Shown here piece after piece: positions 8,064 through 15,806 of a DNA stretch of 39,031 bases (position 1 is the first letter of the stretch; each line of letters opens with the position of its first letter). This DNA comes from a virus. Taxonomy: Duplodnaviria; Caudoviricetes. The position numbers and the translations under genes were made by a program. Location: IMG/VR virus record IMGVR_UViG_3300031683_000011, positions 1-39,031 of that record, one strand, 5' to 3'. Below the pieces are notes generated by a model. That model had not been told where the DNA came from. It worked only from the letters and a program-made list of their open reading frames with translations, and ran no database searches.

Positions 8064-8143
8064 CCAAACCAAAGGGCTATAGACTTAATTCTTTTAAGCA
8101 CCTATAGCCCCTCTAAGAATCCAAACCAATAGGAATAAACATA

Positions 8144-10222
8144 ATGCAACTTGCAACTTATGGTAACGCAGCACAAGTAATGGGCGTACAACACACTCAA
8201 TCCTTTCAGATGCAGATGAACGCTAAGATGTTCTCCATTCTGACCGATAAACTATACCAGAATAAAGAAGGAGCAGTAATCCGTGAACTATCAGCTAACG
8301 CAAGAGATGCTCATGTATCTGCAGGACGTCCTGAAGTACCCTTTGAACTGACCTTACCAACATGGATAAGCTCTGAGTTCAAGATCAGAGACTTTGGTAC
8401 TGGCATAGATCCTGATGACTTCTATGACATCTACACTAACCTTGGACACTCCACTAAAGACCATGAGGACACCTCTATTGGTGCTTATGGCCTTGGATCT
8501 AAGACTCCATTCGCTATCACTGACCAGTACACCATTAGGAACTACTGGAAGGGCACTATGTACGTGTACACTGCGTTTAAAGACACAGGTATGCCAACAG
8601 TATCTCTTATGGGTTCAGAGCCTACAATGGAATCTGATGGACTTGAGATCTCCGTGGATATTGGTTCACTAGGTAGTGTTAGTGGGTTTCAACGTCAGTG
8701 TGGCCAACAACTAGCTTACTTCACTGTTAAACCAATCATAGTTAATGACCCTGACTTCCAATGGCCTGATATCCCGGAGTTATCCACAGGTTATAACGTT
8801 AAGTCAGGTCACTATGGCTCAGACATAACAGTTGTAATGGGTGGCATACCTTACACTGCAAGTGTTCGTGGTCTTCCAGAGGAACTACAGCACTCTCTCA
8901 GACGTATTGAGTTAGTCTTAGTAGCCGAGTTAGGCCAAGTTGACATCCCACCATCACGGGAGTCATTGGAGTTCACACCTAAGACCATTAAGTTCCTTGA
9001 AGATAAGCTTGTCGAGATCAGTGAGGACTATGTGATAGACTATTCTTATCAGATTGAGACTGCAAAGAATCAGGTGGAGTTACGTGGGTTACTTATGAGT
9101 CGTGTTGAGGAATGGATAAGCTCTAAGGAGTTCGCTATTACTCACTTTAAGTTCCAAGGTACAGAGATGTTAGGTCGAGACCTTTCAGATCTTATTGACC
9201 AAGACCTGAAGGATATGACCTGTAAGGAGCACAGCAGGCACTACAAGACACTCAGAACCCAATACAATGGTGTAAGTGTCGGTACAATCCTGAGGATCCT
9301 GAGAGGCTACCGTGGTGCAGAGGATGTAGGTGTTGTTTACCTTAATGATCTGTCACCAAGAGCAAACAAGACTATCCTTGAGCATAAGGGTTTACTTAAA
9401 GCGTCATCACCTGTTATCTTCCCTTCTGAACAGAAGTCTAAGTTATTTGCAGCAGCAGCAACACTTGTTGAACTGAAGCTGACCGACTTAGGTTTCAAGC
9501 CAGTAAGGTTGTCAACATTGATGTCTATGCCTGTTATCGTTAAAAGACCTAAGTCTAAGTCTTATTATAAAACTGAACAGATCTTTCGTATTGATATGCA
9601 TGGTAAGGTCGATAAGACAACACTGACTGAGATACCTGAGGAGGGCTACTATGTACCTATGTCTAACTGGGCAGTAGATACAAGTCCATCTTTACTCTAC
9701 TTCATCCGTTCTGATATGAATAAGAAGGTCTATGCTTTAAGGTCACATGCACAAGCAGCTGTAGCTAACTCAAGTGAGTGGATTAACATAACTACTCTTG
9801 ATGCTGAGGTGCTTAAGCTAATGACTAAGAGGGTTAAAGACTTCTCTGATGCGCAAGCTAAGCTGAATCAACTATCACTTGCTGTGAATAACAGTGTATT
9901 CTTTGAAAAGGCATTAGAAGAGAGGTCCGAAGGAACTAAGTCAACGGCTAAAGTGATGAAACTTATCGCTGGATGTCGTGAAGCTCAGGAGTCATACGAT
10001 GTGACATATCTCAGGCAGTACCATGAGATCCTTAAGGATGACCTTGGTATCCTTAACATGGAATCTAAGGCCACTGCCCCTGTAAACTTAATGAAGCTAG
10101 CAGTACATGCAAAGGAGAACTATGCTGAAGCGCTTGCAAGCAGTCATAATTATAATCGTTGGAACACCTCTAGTCCGGGCTTTCAACAAACACTAAACTT
10201 AATCATAGGTAATTTCAAATGA
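8144..10222 (+). CDS. rIIA: rIIA-like protein (N-terminal GHKL/HATPase domain), 692 aa
   Basis: LYQNKEGAVIRELSANARDAH, DFGTGI, GAYGLGSK and DIPPSRESL motifs; followed by an rIIB-like gene. Confidence 0.88.
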   Translation: MQLATYGNAAQVMGVQHTQSFQMQMNAKMFSILTDKLYQNKEGAVIRELSANARDAHVSAGRPEVPFELTLPTWISSEFKIRDFGTGIDPDDFYDIYTNLGHSTKDHEDTSIGAYGLGSKTPFAITDQYTIRNYWKGTMYVYTAFKDTGMPTVSLMGSEPTMESDGLEISVDIGSLGSVSGFQRQCGQQLAYFTVKPIIVNDPDFQWPDIPELSTGYNVKSGHYGSDITVVMGGIPYTASVRGLPEELQHSLRRIELVLVAELGQVDIPPSRESLEFTPKTIKFLEDKLVEISEDYVIDYSYQIETAKNQVELRGLLMSRVEEWISSKEFAITHFKFQGTEMLGRDLSDLIDQDLKDMTCKEHSRHYKTLRTQYNGVSVGTILRILRGYRGAEDVGVVYLNDLSPRANKTILEHKGLLKASSPVIFPSEQKSKLFAAAATLVELKLTDLGFKPVRLSTLMSMPVIVKRPKSKSYYKTEQIFRIDMHGKVDKTTLTEIPEEGYYVPMSNWAVDTSPSLLYFIRSDMNKKVYALRSHAQAAVANSSEWINITTLDAEVLKLMTKRVKDFSDAQAKLNQLSLAVNNSVFFEKALEERSEGTKSTAKVMKLIAGCREAQESYDVTYLRQYHEILKDDLGILNMESKATAPVNLMKLAVHAKENYAEALASSHNYNRWNTSSPGFQQTLNLIIGNFK

Positions 10223-10980
10223 ATATAATCACAGACCACTCAGTAACTCTCTTTGACAACTTACGTCCATTGACTGTGACGGACTCTCACCCAATGTTTG
10301 ATGAGATCAGAGAGCTAGTCTTAGAGGGCTGTTATGATGAGGCATTAGACCTCATTGACAACCGCAGAGCTGCCAAACGAGCTATCAGAGACACTTCCTT
10401 TGAACTCGTAGGTGACTCTCTGTATCTCGATGACTATCGTATTCCAGATAACATGGCTGTACGTGTATTTGGCCTTATGGCTGAGTACTGCTCTGTCAAG
10501 CCACTTGAGAAGTTCTTCCGTAACCTGTTGGATAACCCATCCTATCGTGCGGTACAAGAGCTCTTCGGGTTCCTTGAGCTATCTAAGTTACCTATCACTG
10601 ATGATGGCTACTTTGTTGCATACAAGGCAGTCAACTCAAAGTTCCGTGATTGCTTCACAGATACTATGGATAACAGTGTAGGTGCACAGCCTACTATGCC
10701 ACGTAACTTAGTGGATGAAGATAAGAACCGTACGTGCTCCACTGGATTACACTTCGCTGGCTATGAGTATGCCAGTAACTTTGTACCTCAAGGGGGTCAT
10801 CTAATGGCTGTACGTATTAACCCAAAAGACGTAGTTGCAATTCCATCAGACTACAATAATCAGAAAGGTCGTGCATCGACTTACATGATCGTTGAGGAGA
10901 TTGAGAACCAAGCTGACGTACTAACAGACACGCCTCTGTATAAAGGCGACTTTGAATCACAAGCATCACTATCACTATAA
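10219..10980 (+). CDS. rIIB: rIIB-like protein, 253 aa
   Basis: NPS-RAVQEL-GFL, PIT-DG-F-AYK-V, M-RN-VD-D---TCS-GLH and V-INP-DVVAIP-DY motifs; ATGA overlap with rIIA. Confidence 0.9.
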   Translation: MNIITDHSVTLFDNLRPLTVTDSHPMFDEIRELVLEGCYDEALDLIDNRRAAKRAIRDTSFELVGDSLYLDDYRIPDNMAVRVFGLMAEYCSVKPLEKFFRNLLDNPSYRAVQELFGFLELSKLPITDDGYFVAYKAVNSKFRDCFTDTMDNSVGAQPTMPRNLVDEDKNRTCSTGLHFAGYEYASNFVPQGGHLMAVRINPKDVVAIPSDYNNQKGRASTYMIVEEIENQADVLTDTPLYKGDFESQASLSL

Positions 10981-10999
10981 TCTAAAAGGATATACACAC

Positions 11000-11470
11000 A
11001 TGAGCAACACAAACTTAGGCACATCTATCTTACGCAACGTTACTTTGAACTACTTGAAGGTAGATCCAGCTAAGCCTGTATCACCTTTTGGAACCCTTCA
11101 ATGGGAATGTCAGATCGAAGTATCAGCAGACCGAGCTGATGAGATCTCAGAGATGGGTAAGCTACGTACACTAGACAACGGCAACGTAGCTGTCAACATC
11201 AAGCGTAAGGCATTGAAGCACGATGGTACCGCTAACTTCCCAGTATCCTTGGTGGATGCTAAGAAGAAGGTTATCGAAGTCTTCAACAATATCGGCAATG
11301 GCTCAACAGGTAACGTTAAAGTTTACCGTAATGAGTACGATGTAGCTGGTCGTCAGGGTATCTCAACAAGTTTATCTGCAATCCAGATCACTAACTTGAT
11401 TGAATACACCGGATCAGTTGACTTCGACATTGAAGGTGATGATGATGTAGCAACACATGACGACTTCTAA
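11000..11470 (+). CDS. ssb: single-stranded DNA-binding protein (T7 gp2.5-like), 156 aa
   Basis: IGNGS-GNV and L-AIQIT-L-EY motifs; acidic tail ...DDDVATHDDF; AAGGA RBS before ATG 11000. Confidence 0.85.
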   Translation: MSNTNLGTSILRNVTLNYLKVDPAKPVSPFGTLQWECQIEVSADRADEISEMGKLRTLDNGNVAVNIKRKALKHDGTANFPVSLVDAKKKVIEVFNNIGNGSTGNVKVYRNEYDVAGRQGISTSLSAIQITNLIEYTGSVDFDIEGDDDVATHDDF

Positions 11471-11479
11471 GTGAAGATT

Positions 11480-11510
11480 GGGGATCCGCAGGGGGTCCCC
11501 TTATTCTTTT
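11480..11510 (+). terminator. intrinsic terminator after ssb
   Basis: GGGGATCC / GGGTCCCC stem, then TTATTCTTTT. Confidence 0.75.
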
Positions 11511-11657
11511 CAAGTCAAGTGACAACGTGATGTACATATAAGAACCTAAAGGGACCAGTGAGATACTCTCACATGGTATTTATACTACCAGCGCTGATGA
11601 TTATATCCTTCCTTTTGAATATAATGGACAGACGGTAACAAATAGAAGTACAGTATT

Positions 11658-12314
11658 ATGATTAAACTCTCTAAAACAAGCAAGATGCCAAAGAAATGCA
11701 AGTCATGGTCAACTGAAGCCATTGTAACTTGTCCGGGAAGTATCAAAAGTAAGTTAAACGGTGTAGTTGAACTGGTGGATGCCTGTAAGGGCTGCTATGC
11801 AACGACTGGGATGTACCATATGCCTAATGTTAAGGCTCCAAGGGTACATAATAAGCAGGATTGGAAGCGTAAGGGATGGGAAGACGACATGGTCTCGGCT
11901 CTTAGGGACGATGAACTGTTCAGATGGTTCGATTCAGGTGATTGTTATGACCTTAGATTAGCTAAGAAGATCAAGCAAGTCATCATGAGAACACCTCTGA
12001 CTAAGCATTGGTTCCCAACAAGGCAGCATAAGTTCCCTAAGTTCACCAAAGTATTAACTGAGATAGCTGAACTGACTAACGCAGTTGTAAGACTATCCTC
12101 AGACTCGGTAACTGGTGGGATAATAGAAGGACCCAATACGTCTACTATATACAGCGATGGGTTACCAAAAGGATCTACAATGTGTGGTGCATACACTCGT
12201 GATGGTAAATGCGGGGATTGCAGGGCATGTTGGGATAAAAACGTCAAGGTCATAGCTTACCCGGCACATGGGAAGAAGATGGCTAAAGTAATTAAAATGA
12301 TTGAGGTAGTATGA
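11658..12314 (+). CDS. Gp88-like Cys-rich phage protein, 218 aa
   Basis: LSKTSKMP, CPGS...CKGCYA, FRWFDSGD, HWFPTR and C--C-ACWD motifs of the phage 'gene product 88' family. Confidence 0.75.
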   Translation: MIKLSKTSKMPKKCKSWSTEAIVTCPGSIKSKLNGVVELVDACKGCYATTGMYHMPNVKAPRVHNKQDWKRKGWEDDMVSALRDDELFRWFDSGDCYDLRLAKKIKQVIMRTPLTKHWFPTRQHKFPKFTKVLTEIAELTNAVVRLSSDSVTGGIIEGPNTSTIYSDGLPKGSTMCGAYTRDGKCGDCRACWDKNVKVIAYPAHGKKMAKVIKMIEVV

Positions 12315-12709
12315 TGGAAAACACAATGAACAATAAGCGTAAAACATGGTCTTTGAAGGATAGCAACTATGCTTGGAGATCTACACTTACAGGTGTTTCA
12401 AATGAAGAGATTGCACGAGACATTGGACGTACTCCAGCGGCTGTGAGTGTGCACCTAAGTAACCGTAGAATGGCTTCTATCAACGAAGCTAAAGTCACTG
12501 TGAAGACTAAACCTCAACTTCAATTAGCAGTAGAGACTAAGCCAACTGTGACAGCTAAATCCGAGACTAAAGTTAAGGTAAAGGCAGCGCCTAAGGTAGT
12601 CCCTAAGGTCGAGGCTAAGTCTTTACCAGCTATGGAATCAGTTATGATACTTGGAAGCATCTTTGTATGCTCATGGCTTGTACTATTGACTATTAAGGTA
12701 TTCCTATGA
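12311..12709 (+). CDS. HTH protein with Lys/Val/Pro linker and C-terminal TM anchor (132 aa)
   Basis: NEEIARDIGRTPAAVSVHL helix-turn-helix; terminal hydrophobic helix. Confidence 0.65.
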   Translation: MMENTMNNKRKTWSLKDSNYAWRSTLTGVSNEEIARDIGRTPAAVSVHLSNRRMASINEAKVTVKTKPQLQLAVETKPTVTAKSETKVKVKAAPKVVPKVEAKSLPAMESVMILGSIFVCSWLVLLTIKVFL

Positions 12710-12867
12710 AAACCCTATTAGCAACCTCCCTAGTGCTCTGGTTGATTCTCTCATGGATTACACACGTAATCACATGCTTTGTTGCTGGTACTTGGGGTTT
12801 CCTCATCGCAGGAGCTATTGTAGCACCTATCGCTGTGGCCCACGGGACTTGGTTGTGGTTTCAGTAG
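12706..12867 (+). CDS. small membrane protein (53 aa, MKTLLATSLVLWLILSWITHVITC...)
   Basis: Hand-translated; AAGG RBS; ATGA overlap; two hydrophobic segments. Confidence 0.7.
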   Translation: MKTLLATSLVLWLILSWITHVITCFVAGTWGFLIAGAIVAPIAVAHGTWLWFQ

Positions 12868-12894
12868 AGCCTTGACCTCTAGGTTACTCTCTAG

Positions 12895-12914
12895 ATCTTT
12901 TAAGTACCTTATAG
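12895..12914 (+). promoter_or_regulatory. putative phage RNAP promoter, copy 3
   Basis: ATCTTTTAAGTACCTTATAG, identical to the core of the 5274/5355 repeats; 28 nt upstream of the 12943 ATG. Confidence 0.72.
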
Positions 12915-12942
12915 AACCTTAATAACTAGGAGTAACCTATAC

Positions 12943-13446
12943 ATGAAAGAACACGTTAAGTACGTGGAAGGAATTGTGAAGCCTGAAAACCTTACAAAGA
13001 AACCAAAGATTGCCATAACAGAGTCATCCCTTGCAAACCTTAAACCTAAGTGGGATAAGGAACATATGCAGATGATGGGAGCTAAGAGTGTTATCAAGCG
13101 CAAGGCTAACAGAGAAGCTCGTGAGAAGATGAAGGAAACGGTTGAGATCCTCAAGTACCTATCAGATGGTGTGCTTACAGATATGCCTACGGGGCTTACT
13201 GTGATGCAGATTATGATGCTACGTGCTATTCAAGATGGTGACCCTGCAGAAGCCTCAAAGCTTGCAGCTACTATTGCTGAGTACCAACAGCCTAAGCTTC
13301 AACGTACAGAGAATATCAACACCAACATTAACTTAGAAGACTTGACCGATGAAGAGTTAGCACAACAGCTAGCAATCATCAACACTCCAGTCTTAAGTAC
13401 AATTAAGGATATTGAAGGTGAGGTAGTAATAGATGACAAGTTATAA
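12943..13446 (+). CDS. probable terminase small subunit, 167 aa
   Basis: SLANLKP N-terminal motif, helical core, PKL..E and LEDLTDEEL C-terminal motifs typical of TerS; AGGAG RBS; shares its promoter motif with the terL arm. Confidence 0.6.
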   Translation: MKEHVKYVEGIVKPENLTKKPKIAITESSLANLKPKWDKEHMQMMGAKSVIKRKANREAREKMKETVEILKYLSDGVLTDMPTGLTVMQIMMLRAIQDGDPAEASKLAATIAEYQQPKLQRTENINTNINLEDLTDEELAQQLAIINTPVLSTIKDIEGEVVIDDKL

Positions 13447-13606
13447 TGACATAACAGGTGATGCTCTTGTATCAAAGAGTAACACTGAGAAGTACCGCAG
13501 TGAGTACGATAGGATCTTTGGGTCTAAGACTAAATGCACTGAGTGCGACAGGGGTGCAGACGTAATTAAACCTGTCATATGCAAGGAATGTAGGGGTGAA
13601 GGGTAA
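13433..13606 (+). CDS. small protein with NDITGD...YDRIF motif and CxxC-x10-CxxC (57 aa)
   Basis: Hand-translated MTSYNDITGDALVSKSNTEKYRSEYDRIFGSKTKCTECDRGADVIKPVICKECRGEG; GAGG RBS. Confidence 0.7.
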   Translation: MTSYNDITGDALVSKSNTEKYRSEYDRIFGSKTKCTECDRGADVIKPVICKECRGEG

Positions 13607-13695
13607 TATCTTAGAGTTCCTTAAGGGCTTCACCTTAGTATTAGCACTAGCACTACCAGCCATTCTGGCAATAGTAACTACTTTAAGGATTTACA

Positions 13696-13878
13696 ATGAA
13701 TACTAAAATGATATCCGTAGACGAAGCATACTTCAAGGCTATCCAACGGGATAGTGAGTTCCTTGAGATCCTTGAGACCTGTGGTGTAAACCACCATACT
13801 GGATGGGATCAGGCTGTGGAGATCCATGATGCGTACCTAGCTGAATCAGAGTTAGATGGCGAGGAGTATGGTGTATGA
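13696..13878 (+). CDS. small acidic protein, 'CGVD-W-GY' family paralog 1
   Basis: RDSEFLEILETCGVNHHTGW; AAGGA RBS. Confidence 0.7.
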   Translation: MNTKMISVDEAYFKAIQRDSEFLEILETCGVNHHTGWDQAVEIHDAYLAESELDGEEYGV

Positions 13879-13907
13879 AGGTAACTAGAATTGAAGGAGT
13901 TCTTCTC

Positions 13908-14057
13908 ATGAACGACACAACGGTAGAAATAGAGCAGAGCGTGTTGAAGAAACTACGTAATGACAGTGCATTCTTGGGGTGCTTAAACGCGTGTGGTGTG
14001 GATAATTGGTGTGGTTATGACGACGCTTTAGAAATGTTGGAAGAGGAAGAAACATGA
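13908..14057 (+). CDS. small acidic protein, 'CGVD-W-GY' family paralog 2
   Basis: NDSAFLGCLNACGVDNWCGY; AAGGAG RBS before ATG 13908. Confidence 0.75.
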   Translation: MNDTTVEIEQSVLKKLRNDSAFLGCLNACGVDNWCGYDDALEMLEEEET

Positions 14058-14233
14058 GCAACCTAAGCACTACAATAATTAGAGCAGACGTTAAGCTTCT
14101 TACAGTTCCCGTAGTCCTACAAGCAGCTATCCTTGGAGTCTTAGTGCTCTATGGGGTAGCGTTCTTAAGCATGGACTCAGTACACAGCGCAGCACACGAC
14201 ACTAGGCATTCTTTTGCCTTTCCTTGTCACTAA
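14054..14233 (+). CDS. cbtB: CbtB-family probable cobalt transporter small subunit (59 aa)
   Basis: Hand-translated MSNLSTTIIRADVKLLTVPVVLQAAILGVLVLYGVAFLSMDSVHSAAHDTRHSFAFPCH: one TM helix plus the H-x-AAHD-x-RH-x3-FPCH signature; GAGGA RBS. Confidence 0.88.
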   Translation: MSNLSTTIIRADVKLLTVPVVLQAAILGVLVLYGVAFLSMDSVHSAAHDTRHSFAFPCH

Positions 14234-14249
14234 CCAGTAGGGAGTATGT

Positions 14250-14486
14250 ATGAAAGCATGTCTTGTAACACAACCTGCTGGGTTTATACCTGTAACTATC
14301 CAATTCACTATTGAATCTGAAGAGGAATTACAGGCCTTAGTAATAGCGTCAGATTCGTTAATTTCAAGAGAGATTGAAGGCCCTTACAGCACAGCACTAA
14401 AAAACCACTGGATAAGTACCTTTGAAACCATTGGTACTGCCCTCCATACATTACCTAACTCACGTACAGAACGGACACCATTATAA
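14250..14486 (+). CDS. hypothetical protein (78 aa)
   Basis: GGGAG RBS; F-PVTIQFTIES-EEL motif. Confidence 0.7.
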   Translation: MKACLVTQPAGFIPVTIQFTIESEEELQALVIASDSLISREIEGPYSTALKNHWISTFETIGTALHTLPNSRTERTPL

Positions 14487-15364
14487 TGAAACCAGTAACT
14501 CTAATCAGCACTGTATCAGTAGGCTTTATTGCCTTAGTAATCGCCCTTAACTCTTGGACCATCGTTGGTGTAGGTAAGGAAAAGGTAGGCTCAACCTTCG
14601 GTAAGGTACATGAGTCTGCATTAACTTCAGGCTTCTATGTCGTCAATCCCTTGGCTGACTTTGAACGCTATGACTTACAAGAAGTAACCTACACATGGGA
14701 CAACATGGGCATCCCTGCTCAAGACAACCTAAAGACTTCTATGGACGTAGCTATCACTGGTCACTTCATTGGTGGTATGACTGCTGATGTCCGCAGCAAC
14801 ATTGGCTCTAGTGATGGCTTTATGTCCTCACAAGTTAACCGCCGTGTACCTGCAATGATTGTTGAAGTAGGTAAGGAACTCGCTAAGAACTCTCAAGACT
14901 TCTATGGTGAAACTACCCTTGCCCGTATGGAGACTGAGATTGTCTTCCGTTTGAACCAAGAGCTACAAGTCCGTGGTTACACTGTAACTACTGTGAAGTT
15001 CTCGGACATTAATCTACCTGATGTAGTTACCGCTGCCATTGTTAAGACTAAGCAACGTCAACAGGAAGTGAATGAGCAATCCGCTAAGTTACAAATCGCT
15101 GACTTGTTAGCCCAAGAGAAGACTGCACAAGCCCAAGCGGCTGCTAAGTCTGCTACTCACAACGCCCAAGCTGTACGTGAAGCTGCTGATGCTGAGTTGT
15201 ATCGGATTCAGAAAGTAGCTGAAGGCAACAAAGCCTTGGCTAAGTCTGTGACCGCTAACCTTATCGCTCTTAAAGAAGCCGAAGCTAACCTGCTATGGGA
15301 TGGGCGTATGCCTACGACTGTATTAGGGGATAGCACTGGGATTCTAATGAGCATGGGTAAGTGA
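14486..15364 (+). CDS. SPFH / band-7 (prohibitin-like) membrane protein, 292 aa
   Basis: N-terminal TM helix, V--G--V--FGKV, Ala-rich coiled coil, WDG-MP C-terminus. Confidence 0.88.
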   Translation: MKPVTLISTVSVGFIALVIALNSWTIVGVGKEKVGSTFGKVHESALTSGFYVVNPLADFERYDLQEVTYTWDNMGIPAQDNLKTSMDVAITGHFIGGMTADVRSNIGSSDGFMSSQVNRRVPAMIVEVGKELAKNSQDFYGETTLARMETEIVFRLNQELQVRGYTVTTVKFSDINLPDVVTAAIVKTKQRQQEVNEQSAKLQIADLLAQEKTAQAQAAAKSATHNAQAVREAADAELYRIQKVAEGNKALAKSVTANLIALKEAEANLLWDGRMPTTVLGDSTGILMSMGK

Positions 15365-15392
15365 CCTTCATCATTCACTTTGAAGAAATCAT

Positions 15393-15413
15393 GAGCGGCT
15401 TCGGCTGCTCTTT
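15393..15413 (+). terminator. intrinsic terminator
   Basis: GAGCGGC-TTCG-GCTGCTC (UUCG tetraloop), then TTT. Confidence 0.7.
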
Positions 15414-15466
15414 CAATACAGCTATTCAGCTATACCAACGTGGTACAGGCTGGGAGGATTAATAGA

Positions 15467-15625
15467 ATGACCAAAGCAATAAGTGAAGCCACTGGTTGGG
15501 ACAATTTGTTTGGTGAAAAGAAATTGAAAGACCGTGTGAAGTTAGGTGTCAGTCCTTCGGCTGATGTTCAAAACATAGACTGCCGTACTGGCGAAATGAT
15601 TACAAGAGAGAATGATTATGCCTGA
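15467..15625 (+). CDS. hypothetical protein (52 aa)
   Basis: GGAGG RBS before ATG 15467. Confidence 0.6.
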   Translation: MTKAISEATGWDNLFGEKKLKDRVKLGVSPSADVQNIDCRTGEMITRENDYA

Positions 15626-15806
15626 AGTGATGACCACCATGGACCGTGAATACCTTTTACTTATGGAAAGAGATAGCCACTTCCTTGAATGCCTTAATGA
15701 CTGTGGTGTCGATGCATGGGAAGGCTACAGCGAAGCAAGTTTAATGTACGAAGAGGAGTGTGCCCAGCGAAGCAAGCTTATGTACAAAGAGGAGTGTGAC
15801 GAATGA
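15618..15806 (+). CDS. small acidic protein, 'CGVD-W-GY' family paralog 3
   Basis: RDSHFLECLNDCGVDAWEGY; start could be 15612 or 15618. Confidence 0.7.
   Translation: MPEVMTTMDREYLLLMERDSHFLECLNDCGVDAWEGYSEASLMYEEECAQRSKLMYKEECDE

Noticed and set aside
8144-8800. Hsp90/MutL-like chaperone or repair gene
   Set aside because: A GHKL domain followed by an rIIB-like gene identifies it as rIIA
10523-10536. Further DnaA-box-like ACCTGTTGGATAAC in rIIB
   Set aside because: An extra T breaks the 9-mer, and it is explained by the coding sequence NLLDN
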